Shown here: piece by piece, positions 9,486 through 18,561 of the stretch
Numbering within the stretch: position 1 is the stretch's first letter
Layout: the number at the start of each line of letters is the position of its first letter
Origin: Candidatus Eiseniibacteriota bacterium
GTDB taxonomy: Bacteria > Eisenbacteria > RBG-16-71-46 > JABDJR01
NCBI GenBank assembly: GCA_963783375.1
Contig: CAWANH010000029.1
Location: forward strand, 480,001-544,000
Length of the DNA: 64,000 bases
Reading direction: 5' to 3'
Notes under the pieces: generated by a model
Told to the model about the DNA's origin: nothing
The model's database searches: none
Seen by the model: only the letters and a program-made list of their open reading frames with translations
Position numbers and translations under genes: made by a program

Positions 9486-11318
9486 ATGCCGGATCTAGCC
9501 CAGAAACTGGCCCGCTTGCCCCGTCGGTCCGGGGTTTACCTCATGAAGGACCGTCACGGGAAGATCCTCTACGTCGGGAAGGCCAAGCGGCTGGACCACC
9601 GGGTGCGCTCGTATTTCCAGGCCGGCGGGACCGACCACCCCAAGCAGGCCGCCCTGGTGTCGCGAATCCACGACGTGGAAACCATCGTCACCGACTCCGA
9701 TGTGGAAGCGCTCCTCCTGGAGATGACCCTGATCAAGGAGAAGCGCCCCGCCTACAACATCCGCCTGAAGGACGACAAGCGCTTCCCCTTCCTCAAGATC
9801 ACCCTGGGCGAGGACTACCCCAAGGCGGTGATCACCCGGCGCACCCCCCGGGACGGCTCGCGCTACTTCGGTCCCTACACCGACGCCGGGGCCCTCCGCC
9901 GGACCCTCAAGATGGTGCGCTCCATCTTCCCAATCCGCTCCTGCATGGGAGAGCGTCCCGGGCGCGGCCCCCACTACCGGGAATGCCTGGACTTCCACAT
10001 CCACCGGTGCGCCGCCCCCTGCATCGGAGAGATCACGCGGGAGGAGTACCGGGAGCTGGTGAACCGACTCATCCTCTTTCTGGGCGGGCAGGGGGAGGAG
10101 GTTCTCACCTCGCTCCGGCGGGACATGGCCGAGGCCTCGGCCAAGCTCGATTTCGAGCGGGCGGCCCGGATCCGCGACCGCATCCGCGGGGTGGAGCGGC
10201 TCATGCGCCGCCAGAAGATGCTGGACGCCCACGAGCGGGACCTCGACGTCTTCGCCTTCGCCCGCTCCGAGGACGTGGCCTACGGGGCGGTCCTCCAGGT
10301 TCGGGGGGGGACGGTTCTGGGCAAGGAGACCCGGCGCCTGCGGGGAACCGGCGGCAGCACCGACGCCGAGGTCATGTCTGCGTTCCTTTCCCAGTACTAC
10401 CGCGATCGCGACTCGACCCCCGGGGAGATCCTGGCCGCGGTCGAGCCGGCCGACCGGGACCTGGTGGTCCGGTGGCTCTCGGCGAAGGCCGAGCGCGGAA
10501 TCGAGATCCGGGTGCCCCAGCGCGGGCGATTCGCCGGCCTGGCCCGGCTGGCCGAGGAGAACGCGCGGCTGGACCTGGAGGAGGCGCGGGGGGAGCGTGC
10601 GCGAGGGGGCCTCGAACCGGCGGTCTACGCGCTCCAGAAGGCCATCGACCTTCCGCGCCCCCCGGCCCACATCGAGGGGTTCGACATCTCCAACATCCAG
10701 GGCACGAACCCGGTGGCCTCCATGGTGGTGTTCCGGAACGGAAAGCCGGCCAAGAGCGCCTACCGCCGGTACCGGATGAACTACCCGGAGGGGCCGAACG
10801 ACTTCGCCATGATGGCCGAGGTGGTGGGACGGCGGGCGGCGCGGATCGTGGCCGGCGAGTTCCCGGTGCCGGATCTCATCCTGATCGACGGGGGAGCGGG
10901 GCAGGTCGGAGCCGCGGTGACCGCGCTGGAGCAGGAGGGGCTCGCGGGGGTGCCGGTCGTGGGCCTGGCCAAGCGCGCGGAGGAGATCGTGTTTCCGGGG
11001 GGGCGGAGCACCTTGAGGTTGTCCCGCTCCGACGAGGCGCTCCGGCTCCTCATCCGGGTGCGTGACGAGGCTCACCGGTTCGCGGTGACCTTCCACCGCG
11101 CCCGCCGCGGCAAGGCGGCCCTCGCCTCGCGCCTGGACGCGGTGCCGGGGATCGGGGAGCAGCGGAAGATCCTCCTTCTGAACGCCTTCGGGAGCACCGA
11201 GGCGGTGGAGCGGGCCACTCCCGACGAGCTGGCCGGGGTTCCCGGGATCGGACGAAAGGTGGCGGCCCGGGTCCACGCCGCCCTGCACGAGGGAGAGAGG
11301 GGGTCCGATGCCGCCTAG
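9486..11318 (+). CDS. uvrC: Excinuclease ABC subunit C
   Basis: GIY-YIG GVYLMKD...YVGKAK, IEGFDISN, PDLILIDGG, RDEAHRFA and C-terminal HhH motifs. TATAAT at 9427-9432 upstream. Confidence 0.96.
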   Translation: MPDLAQKLARLPRRSGVYLMKDRHGKILYVGKAKRLDHRVRSYFQAGGTDHPKQAALVSRIHDVETIVTDSDVEALLLEMTLIKEKRPAYNIRLKDDKRFPFLKITLGEDYPKAVITRRTPRDGSRYFGPYTDAGALRRTLKMVRSIFPIRSCMGERPGRGPHYRECLDFHIHRCAAPCIGEITREEYRELVNRLILFLGGQGEEVLTSLRRDMAEASAKLDFERAARIRDRIRGVERLMRRQKMLDAHERDLDVFAFARSEDVAYGAVLQVRGGTVLGKETRRLRGTGGSTDAEVMSAFLSQYYRDRDSTPGEILAAVEPADRDLVVRWLSAKAERGIEIRVPQRGRFAGLARLAEENARLDLEEARGERARGGLEPAVYALQKAIDLPRPPAHIEGFDISNIQGTNPVASMVVFRNGKPAKSAYRRYRMNYPEGPNDFAMMAEVVGRRAARIVAGEFPVPDLILIDGGAGQVGAAVTALEQEGLAGVPVVGLAKRAEEIVFPGGRSTLRLSRSDEALRLLIRVRDEAHRFAVTFHRARRGKAALASRLDAVPGIGEQRKILLLNAFGSTEAVERATPDELAGVPGIGRKVAARVHAALHEGERGSDAA

Positions 11319-12303
11319 GCCGGCGGTGGCCGCCCTGCCCCCGGCCCTGGACCGGGCCCGGGAGGACTACCTGAGCTACCTGCGTTACGAACGTAGGCTA
11401 TCCGACCAGACGATTGATGCTTACGCATATGATCTCCAGGGATGGTTGAGCTGGTTGGCGGCCAGGGGACGCCGCGAGCTCGAGGGGATCTCCCGGGAGG
11501 ATCTGGAGGGGTTCATGACCGCGGAAGGGGACCGGGGGCTTTCCGGGCGCACCCTGGCCCGGCGGCTCTCCTGCGTTCGCGGTTTCCACGGATACCTCAG
11601 GCGGCGGCGTGGCGGGGAGGCGGACCCGACCGAGGGGATGGAGCCGCCGCGGCGGGGGAGGGCGCTCCCCCGGGCGCTGAGCGTGGAGGAGGCGGGACGG
11701 CTCATGGAGTCTCCCCAGGGGAACGACCCTCTGGCGCTCCGGGACCGGGCGGTTCTGGAGCTCATGTACGGCTCCGGACTCCGGGTTTCGGAGGTGCTGA
11801 CCCTCGAGGCCGGCGCTCTCCGCCTGGGGGAACGCTACGTGCGGGTGGTGGGCAAGGGGGACAAGGAGCGGGCGGTCCCCCTGACCGAGGCCTCGGCGGC
11901 GGCGATGCGGGAGTACCTGGATCGGGCGCGGGCGGGGCTCGTCCGGCGGCGGGACCCCGGTTTCGTCTTCCTGAACCGAAGGGGAGGGAAGCTCAGCCGC
12001 ATGGGTCTCTGGAGGATGCTGGGCCGACGGGCCGCCGCGGCCGGATTGCCCGGGGACTTCCACCCCCACATGCTCCGCCACTCCTTCGCCACCCACCTCC
12101 TGGAAGGCGGAGCGGACCTTCGGGTCGTACAGGAGCTACTGGGGCACGTCTCGGTCACCACCACCGAGATCTACACCCATGTGGACCGGGGGTACCTCCG
12201 GGAAGAACATCGGAGATTTCACCCGCGCAGCCGGGGAGCGGCGCCGCCCCTCGGGGAGGCGGGAGACGGGTCGAGTGGGCTTGGTCGGAAGGAGAAACCA
12301 TGA
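11308..12303 (+). CDS. xerD: Tyrosine recombinase XerD
   Basis: RDRAVLELMYGSGLRVSE, GKGDKER, HMLRHSFATHLLEGGADLRVVQELLGH..TTEIYTHV...FHPR. Confidence 0.85.
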   Translation: MPPRPAVAALPPALDRAREDYLSYLRYERRLSDQTIDAYAYDLQGWLSWLAARGRRELEGISREDLEGFMTAEGDRGLSGRTLARRLSCVRGFHGYLRRRRGGEADPTEGMEPPRRGRALPRALSVEEAGRLMESPQGNDPLALRDRAVLELMYGSGLRVSEVLTLEAGALRLGERYVRVVGKGDKERAVPLTEASAAAMREYLDRARAGLVRRRDPGFVFLNRRGGKLSRMGLWRMLGRRAAAAGLPGDFHPHMLRHSFATHLLEGGADLRVVQELLGHVSVTTTEIYTHVDRGYLREEHRRFHPRSRGAAPPLGEAGDGSSGLGRKEKP

Positions 12304-12965
12304 ACGGTCGAATCGGCGGACGGGCGACGATGCTGGCGATCCTGATCCTCTGCGTCGCGGGACCGGTCCGGGCGGCGGGGCTCGACGAATCGGGGACGGT
12401 AGGGCTCAGCGTCTTCGGCGACTACGGGGCCATCGCCGGAAACTCCCGGTACGGGCTGGACTTCAACAACGGGGGAGGCTACGGGGTCACCCTGCGCTAC
12501 GTGGTCGGGCCCCACTGGTCGCTCGGTCTCTTCTTCCAGAACCAGAGCTACGACGCGCAGGCGGGCGCGGTGAGCGGGCCGCAGACCGAGGAGGCGGCGG
12601 TCGACAAGCTGGTAATGACCGAATACATGGCCGACCTCTACTTCTACCGGGACCGGAAGGCGGACGCCTCCCAGTACCTGGTGGCGGGGATCGGCTTCTA
12701 CCGGCCGGAGGTGCGGAGCAACCAGGTGACGAACACCTCGGGGACCGTGGTCTTTCCCGGGGAGAACCTGGTGGTGTCCGCCGGGCTCGGGGTCGAGGCG
12801 TTCATCCGCGAGGACTGGGGGATCGACCTGAGCGGCCGGGTGTTCGGATACCTGGGAAAGGGCCTCTCCGATCAGGAACTCGACAATCCCGACGTCACCG
12901 GCACCGGGAGTTTCGCGGCCGGGTTCCAGCTCCAGGCCGGCCTCTTCTACTACCTCATGCGTTAG
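12300..12965 (+). CDS. Small outer-membrane beta-barrel protein
   Basis: Signal peptide (..CVAGPVRA), amphipathic Gly/aromatic-rich strands, C-terminal strand FQLQAGLFYYL. ATGA overlap with xerD. Confidence 0.7.
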   Translation: MNGRIGGRATMLAILILCVAGPVRAAGLDESGTVGLSVFGDYGAIAGNSRYGLDFNNGGGYGVTLRYVVGPHWSLGLFFQNQSYDAQAGAVSGPQTEEAAVDKLVMTEYMADLYFYRDRKADASQYLVAGIGFYRPEVRSNQVTNTSGTVVFPGENLVVSAGLGVEAFIREDWGIDLSGRVFGYLGKGLSDQELDNPDVTGTGSFAAGFQLQAGLFYYLMR

Positions 12966-12977
12966 ACCGGACGAAGC

Positions 12978-14948
12978 ATGGCCGAGAAACACACCTATCA
13001 GGTCGGGGACAAGGTCCACCACGGCGACTTCGGCGAGGGGTTGGTGGTGGAGATCCGCGACCGCCCGTTCTACGACATCCTCGAGGTGGTGTTTCCGGTC
13101 GGGGTCAAGCGTCTCACCAGCATCCATCCCCTCCTTCGCCCGAAGCCGGCGGTCCCCGATCCTCCGCCGCCCAAGTCCAAGCGAAGCCGGCGACGGAGAA
13201 AGGCCCGGAAGGAAGATGACGGGAACGGGAACGGTTCGCGGCTTCCCTACGTGCACCTCGACCGGGACACCCTGGAGCTTCTAAAGCGGGCGCGGAAGAA
13301 GGAGGCCGAGCCCCTGGAGGACTACCGTCTGCTCCTCGACGCCGAGGAGCTCGCCGCGCGCCGGGGGTTCGAGCGGCTCATGTGCCTCGATCAGCTTCAC
13401 GGGGTGGAGAAGCTCGACTACCAGAAGCAGGCCTGCCTGCGGGTGCTCCGGGAGATGCGGGGGCGGGGGCTCCTGGCCGACGAAGTGGGATTGGGCAAGA
13501 CCATCGAGGCGGGCATGATCCTCAAGGAGTACATGCTGCGAGGCCTCGTCCACCGCGTGCTGGTCCTGGTGCCGGCCAGCCTCACCATCCAGTGGCGGGA
13601 AGAGCTGGCCACCAAGTTCGGCCTGGACTTCGCGATCGCCGGTCGGCGCGGCGACTGGGCCGAACACCCCTTTCTCATCTGCTCCCTGGACACCGCCAAG
13701 ACCGCCCGGAACCGGAGCCGCCTCCTCGGCAACCCCTTCGACCTGGTCATCGTGGACGAGGCCCATCGCCTGCGAAACCACCAGACCCTGGCCTGGAAGT
13801 TCGTGGCCGCGGTGAACAGCAAGTACCTTCTGCTTCTCACCGCCACCCCGGTGCAGAACGATCTCCGGGAGCTCTACAACCTGGTGAACCTCCTTCGGCC
13901 GGGAACCCTGGGGACCTACCGGAGCTTCCGCCGCCGCTACATGGTGCGGGGGGACAAGCGGCTGCCCAAGAACACCGCCGAGCTTTCGCAGCTCTTGAGC
14001 CGGGTCATGATCCGCACCACCCGGGCCAAGACCAAGATCAAGTTCCCCCGGCGCACGGTCAACATCGTCCCCTTCCAGCTCACCGCGGCCGAGCGGGAGC
14101 TCTACGACGAGGTCACCACCTTTGTGCGCGACCGTTTCCGGGACTCCGACCGCACCCAGTTCCTGAAGTGGCACTTCGTCTCGATGGTGCTCCAGAAGGA
14201 GATCGGCTCCAGCGTCCCTGCGGCCCGCCACACCCTGAACCGGGCCCGCCTGGATCCCCGCTACCGCGCCCATGGGGAGGAGCTGAACCGGCTCTACGAC
14301 ATGAGCGAGCGGGTGGAGCGACACGCCAAGCTCGAGGGACTCCTGAAGATCCTGGCCGGGGTCGAGGACAAGGCCATCGTCTTCACCCAGTTCAAGTCCA
14401 CCATGGAGTTCCTGTCCCGCCGGCTCCAGGAGGCGGGCTACACCACCGCGGTCTTCCACGGCGGACTTCCCGCCGCCGGCAAGGAGGAGGCGATCCGCGA
14501 TTTCCGCCGCCGGGCCCGGATCCTGGTCAGCACCGAGGCGGGCGGCGAAGGCCGGAATCTCCATTTCTGCCGGGTGGTGGTGAACTACGACCTTCCCTGG
14601 AACCCCATGAAAGTGGAGCAGCGGATCGGACGCGTGCACCGCCTGGGACAGACCGGAGACATCGACATCTACAACTTCAGCTCCGAGAACACGGTGGAGT
14701 CCCACGTGCTGGAGATCCTCCACCGCAAGATCAACATGTTCGAGCTGGTGATCGGGGAAATGGACATGATCCTCGGCGATTTCAGCGACCAGCAGTCCTT
14801 CGAAGCGGCGGTGTTCCAGATCTGGGCGGGGGCGCGGAATCGTCGGGACCTGGAGCGGCGCTTCCAGGAGCTGGGGGATCAGATGGCCCTGAGCCGCCGT
14901 CGCTACGAGTCCATCAAGCGGCTGGACGAAGAGATCTTCGGTGGGTAG
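12978..14948 (+). CDS. SNF2-family ATPase (YqhH/RapA-like) with N-terminal PcrA/UvrD-type Tudor domain
   Basis: LLADEVGLGKT, IVDEAH, LLLTATPVQN, STEAGGEGRNL, YDLPWNPMKVEQRIGRVHRLGQ. N-terminal VGDKVHHGDFGEGLVV...EVVFPVGVKRL. Confidence 0.88.
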   Translation: MAEKHTYQVGDKVHHGDFGEGLVVEIRDRPFYDILEVVFPVGVKRLTSIHPLLRPKPAVPDPPPPKSKRSRRRRKARKEDDGNGNGSRLPYVHLDRDTLELLKRARKKEAEPLEDYRLLLDAEELAARRGFERLMCLDQLHGVEKLDYQKQACLRVLREMRGRGLLADEVGLGKTIEAGMILKEYMLRGLVHRVLVLVPASLTIQWREELATKFGLDFAIAGRRGDWAEHPFLICSLDTAKTARNRSRLLGNPFDLVIVDEAHRLRNHQTLAWKFVAAVNSKYLLLLTATPVQNDLRELYNLVNLLRPGTLGTYRSFRRRYMVRGDKRLPKNTAELSQLLSRVMIRTTRAKTKIKFPRRTVNIVPFQLTAAERELYDEVTTFVRDRFRDSDRTQFLKWHFVSMVLQKEIGSSVPAARHTLNRARLDPRYRAHGEELNRLYDMSERVERHAKLEGLLKILAGVEDKAIVFTQFKSTMEFLSRRLQEAGYTTAVFHGGLPAAGKEEAIRDFRRRARILVSTEAGGEGRNLHFCRVVVNYDLPWNPMKVEQRIGRVHRLGQTGDIDIYNFSSENTVESHVLEILHRKINMFELVIGEMDMILGDFSDQQSFEAAVFQIWAGARNRRDLERRFQELGDQMALSRRRYESIKRLDEEIFGG

Positions 14949-15921
14949 GGGGGACGCGCAGCCGGGGGGCCGGCACCGTTGGGTCTTCGAGATCCTGGAC
15001 CGCGCCGGCGCCACCCCCGAGGACTCGGCGGACGGGCTGTACACCTACCGGCTGGCCGACGGGTTGGTGGATCTCCTCGAGCGGGACCGCATCACCTTCA
15101 CCTTCCGCAAGCGCCAGGCGGGCGGGGGAGTGGAGCTGATGTCCCCGGGGAGCTGGCTCCACGATCAGCTTCTGGCCTACGCCCGGAAGCGCGGCCGGGT
15201 CACCCGGGGATTTCTTCCCGCCCGCCCGGACGTGGACCGGGAGCGGCTGGCTTCGGCCCGCCGGCGCGGGTTCCGGGAGCTCTCCGGACTCCTCGACCGG
15301 CGCTACGGCGTCGTCCTGGTCTTCACCTTCCGACTTGCCTACTATTCGGACCCTCCCAAGGAGATCCTGGAGACGGTGGTCTACGACTGTGAGCGGCGCC
15401 GGGTGCTCAGGCGGGCCCTCTCCCGTCGGACCTTCCACGAGGCCTCGGAGGCGCCGACCGAGACGATGGGGCCCGCCCCCGCCCCCGACCTCGACACCGC
15501 CTTCCAGGCGGCCTGGGGGGAGATCCAGGATCGGGTGGAATCGCGGGTGGGAGCCCTCCAGCACGAGGGACGCGGGCACCTGGAGGGCGAGCTGGCCACG
15601 GTGGAACGGTACTACCGGCAGCTCATCGCCGAGGAAAAGCGCCTGCAGAAGAGCCGTTCCTCCCGGAGAGGACATGAGGAGAGCCGGCGGAAGATCGAGC
15701 TCTTGAAGCTGGAGTGGGAGCGCCGGGTAAAGGAGGAGACCGAGCGTCTCCGTCCCCAGGTGGTGGCGTCCCTGAGCGCTCTGGCCCGGCTTCACGTCCC
15801 CCTGGAGCGTTGGCGGGCGGTGGTCGAGGGGAAGAACGGGTTGGAGGAGAAGGAGTTGTGGCTGGATCTGGCCCGCTCCGAGGCCTGGGAGGGGGAGGGG
15901 AGCGGAGAGGGGGGGCGTTGA
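14941..15921 (+). CDS. YqhG-like protein, partner of the SNF2 ATPase
   Basis: Overlaps the SNF2 stop. Segments VELMSPGSWLHDQLL, FRLAYYSD..KE and ELATVERYY plus a C-terminal coiled coil recall Bacillus YqhG, which follows yqhH. Confidence 0.6.
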   Translation: MGRGDAQPGGRHRWVFEILDRAGATPEDSADGLYTYRLADGLVDLLERDRITFTFRKRQAGGGVELMSPGSWLHDQLLAYARKRGRVTRGFLPARPDVDRERLASARRRGFRELSGLLDRRYGVVLVFTFRLAYYSDPPKEILETVVYDCERRRVLRRALSRRTFHEASEAPTETMGPAPAPDLDTAFQAAWGEIQDRVESRVGALQHEGRGHLEGELATVERYYRQLIAEEKRLQKSRSSRRGHEESRRKIELLKLEWERRVKEETERLRPQVVASLSALARLHVPLERWRAVVEGKNGLEEKELWLDLARSEAWEGEGSGEGGR

Positions 15922-15997
15922 TGCCTCGTGCGGTTTCCGGGATAATGACCGCCCCTTTAGCGGTATAGGTCGGCAAGAGGAGTCAAGGAGGATCCGC

Positions 15998-17572
15998 GTG
16001 AGACGACTTTGGGAAAACATGAAGCGACCCGCGTTCCAGGGGGTGGTGGCGGTCGCGCTGGCCGTCCTCATCATCCCCACCGCGGCCCGCGCGGACGTGG
16101 AGCGCATACGCGAGAAGGCGGTGGAGCTGCAGCAGAAGCTCCAGAAGCAGGCCTTCGAGGCCGACGCCAAGGTGGATCCGGCCAACTCCGCCCGAATCTA
16201 CAAGGACTACGGGTTCCTGCTGGGGAAGTCGAAAGTGGAAGAGGTGGCCGACGCCGCCAAGACCGCCCCCCGGGCCGAGGCCCTGCGCCTCTATCTCATC
16301 CGGGCCGCGGTGGGGGACGAGCTCGCGACCTACGTGGATGATCTCCGGAACTTCCAGGCCACCAACACCGCGTCCTATGGCGACCAGGACGTCCGGATGA
16401 ACGATCTGGTGGCCCGTCTCGCGGTGACCGGGGGTGAGAGCGACCGGCGGAAGCTCATGTCCGCCCTGTCACCCCTCTTCGACACCGCCGCCGTCTACCG
16501 GAACGAGGTCCTGAAACGGCGGAACGAGACCTACGCCACCTGGGGATTCGCGAACTACGCCGACTTCTACTCGACCCGGGAGGGGACCGATCTCGCCGCG
16601 GTTTCGGCCATGGCGGACGATTTCCTGACCCGATCCCAATCCATGTACGACTCGCTGTTCACCGTGATGGCGGCTCGGGTGCTCCAGACCGAGGCGCGAA
16701 AGGTCCGTTTCTACGACCTGCCTTACCTCACCCAGGGGACCGCCTACGAGGACGCATTCCCCGCCGCCGATCGCGTGGCGCGAATGCGAAGCGTCTTCAA
16801 GGGACTGGGAGTGGACGTGAAGGGTCAGTCGAACCTGACCGTGGACGTGGAAGCGCGCCCCGGAAAGGCGCTCGAGACCGGCGTCTACGCCGCCACGGTC
16901 CCGTCCGACGTTCGGGTGAGCTTCAAGCCCAGCCCCGGCAGCCGGGGAGACGACCGGCTGATCTACGCGGTGGGCGCGGCCGAGATCTACGCCCTCTCCG
17001 GCCAGACCGCCTTCGAGCCGGCCTACCTGCCCCGGGTGGCCCCCCAGGCCGCTCTGGCCTACCTGGCCCGCCTGGTCCTGGACGAGCCGGGATGGGCGAA
17101 GGCCCAGGCGAAGCAAAGCGGGTTCGATCAGAAGGCCTACGAAACCTACCGGGCCTTTGTCTCCCTCTATGAGGCCCGGTTCCTGGCCGCCCAGGCCAAA
17201 TTCGAGATCGACGCCTACCAGGGGGGAACGAACCTCGACGATACGTTCAAGACCGTGATGGAAAGCGCCACCGGAGCCCGCATCTCGTCGTCCGACTCCA
17301 AGCGGGCGTTGGCCTATCTGAGCCAGCTCGACTCCGTGGGTCGATTCCAGGGGCTCCTTCTGGCTGCGGCGGTCCGGGACCACCTCGTGGAGACCCTGGG
17401 CCAGGACTGGTACGCCGGGGGGAAGGCGGCCTCGCTCCTCACCGGCCTCTGGAAGCGGGGCGGCACCCTGACCCTCGACGACATCGGCTCGACCTGCGGG
17501 GGCGCCAAGGCCGGCGTGGACCCGCTGATCCGACACCTCAACTCCATTGTGACTCCCGGGATCTCCCAGTGA
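15998..17572 (+). CDS. Exported M3/M32-like gluzincin peptidase homolog, apparently catalytically inactive
   Basis: Signal peptide; RRNETYATWGFANYADF, YDLPY, DVEARPGK, VPSDVRV match the M3 scaffold. The HEXXH position reads YAVGA. SD AAGGAGGA before GTG. Confidence 0.65.
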   Translation: MRRLWENMKRPAFQGVVAVALAVLIIPTAARADVERIREKAVELQQKLQKQAFEADAKVDPANSARIYKDYGFLLGKSKVEEVADAAKTAPRAEALRLYLIRAAVGDELATYVDDLRNFQATNTASYGDQDVRMNDLVARLAVTGGESDRRKLMSALSPLFDTAAVYRNEVLKRRNETYATWGFANYADFYSTREGTDLAAVSAMADDFLTRSQSMYDSLFTVMAARVLQTEARKVRFYDLPYLTQGTAYEDAFPAADRVARMRSVFKGLGVDVKGQSNLTVDVEARPGKALETGVYAATVPSDVRVSFKPSPGSRGDDRLIYAVGAAEIYALSGQTAFEPAYLPRVAPQAALAYLARLVLDEPGWAKAQAKQSGFDQKAYETYRAFVSLYEARFLAAQAKFEIDAYQGGTNLDDTFKTVMESATGARISSSDSKRALAYLSQLDSVGRFQGLLLAAAVRDHLVETLGQDWYAGGKAASLLTGLWKRGGTLTLDDIGSTCGGAKAGVDPLIRHLNSIVTPGISQ

Positions 17573-17594
17573 ACCCGGGCGGGGGGAATATCGC

Positions 17595-18272
17595 GTGAGC
17601 GACCGGTTGACCAAACAGCAACTCAAGGAAGATCCGCTCATGAAGCGGACCGCCGAGGCGGCGGATTTCGCCGGCCGTCACGGGCGGGCCCTGACCGGCG
17701 GCATCGCGGCCATCCTGGTGATCGCCGCGGTGGGGTACTTCGTCAGTACCGGGAGCCAGAAGGCCGGCGGCAAGGCGGCGGGGCTCCTCACCGAGGCCTG
17801 GGGGTACTACAACCAGAATTCGTTGGACGCCGCGACCTCCCGGCTGGACGAGCTACTGAACACCTCCGGCGGGACGAACGCCGGTAAGCGCGCCCTCCTG
17901 CTCTACGGGGCCATCCGCTACGACCAGGGGCGTTACGGCGACGCCGAGCAGTACTACCGGCGGGCGCTCGAGGCGATGAAGACCGACCCCCTCCAGAGCA
18001 TGGCCGCTCGGCGCGGCCTGGCCGCGAGCCTGGAGAACGAGAAGAAGTACGCCGACGCCGCCCAGGTCTACCAGGACCTGGCCGACAGCGCGCCCGATCC
18101 GGGGATGCAGGCGGATCTCCGGATGAACGTGGCCCGGAACTACATGAAGGCCGGCCAACGGGAAAAGGCGCAGTCGATCTACGAGGAGCTGGCCTCGAAC
18201 ACCGACAACCCCCAGGTCGCCCAGGAAGCCAAGCTCCGCCTCGCCGAGTCCAAGTACATCCAGGAAGGTTGA
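17595..18272 (+). CDS. Single-pass membrane TPR protein (YfgM-like)
   Basis: N-terminal RLTKQQLKEDP, one TM helix, then TPR repeats. Confidence 0.7.
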   Translation: MSDRLTKQQLKEDPLMKRTAEAADFAGRHGRALTGGIAAILVIAAVGYFVSTGSQKAGGKAAGLLTEAWGYYNQNSLDAATSRLDELLNTSGGTNAGKRALLLYGAIRYDQGRYGDAEQYYRRALEAMKTDPLQSMAARRGLAASLENEKKYADAAQVYQDLADSAPDPGMQADLRMNVARNYMKAGQREKAQSIYEELASNTDNPQVAQEAKLRLAESKYIQEG

Positions 18273-18437
18273 TCCCCGGTTCGCGCGGCGCCCCGCCCGA
18301 GGGGACCGCTACGAGATCGTGAAGCCCGTCCCTGAGGGGGCCGTGGCGACCGGGGGGTCCGGGGCGGGACGGCGACGGTCCTGCACGGGGGATTCACGGT
18401 TCATGGAGGGTTTGCCCCCGGAGGGGCCCTCAGGTTA

Positions 18438-18465
18438 ATGTCGCATAATATCTATTATGTAACCT
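18438..18465 (+). other. dif chromosome dimer resolution site
   Basis: ATGTCGCATAA-TATCTA-TTATGTAACCT has the 11-6-11 layout of E. coli dif (GGTGCGCATAA-TGTATA-TTATGTTAAAT). It is an AT-rich island in intergenic DNA near the gene-orientation switch. Confidence 0.88.
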
Positions 18466-18561
18466 AATATCCGAACCGCGTGGCCGCTCCCATCCCGCCT
18501 CTCCCGGCCCCCTCCCCCCAAAAGCCGCCTTCCGGATGCGGGTACGGTAGAATTCCAGGTC

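Noticed and set aside
1840-12303. Two tyrosine recombinases as integrases of a prophage or integrative element
   Set aside because: Both are ~300-330 aa with XerC/XerD signature C-termini, sit among core genes, and have no att sites, excisionase or phage genes nearby.
12978-15921. SNF2 pair as an anti-phage system (DISARM/Zorya-like)
   Set aside because: No methylase, nuclease, PLD or other defence genes adjacent; context and motifs fit YqhH/YqhG better.
18325-18435. Possible long stem (CCTGAGGG/CCCTCAGG and CCGGGGG/CCCCCGG) left of dif as an ncRNA
   Set aside because: Short GC-rich complementarities are expected by chance at this composition, and no recognisable RNA family motif is present.
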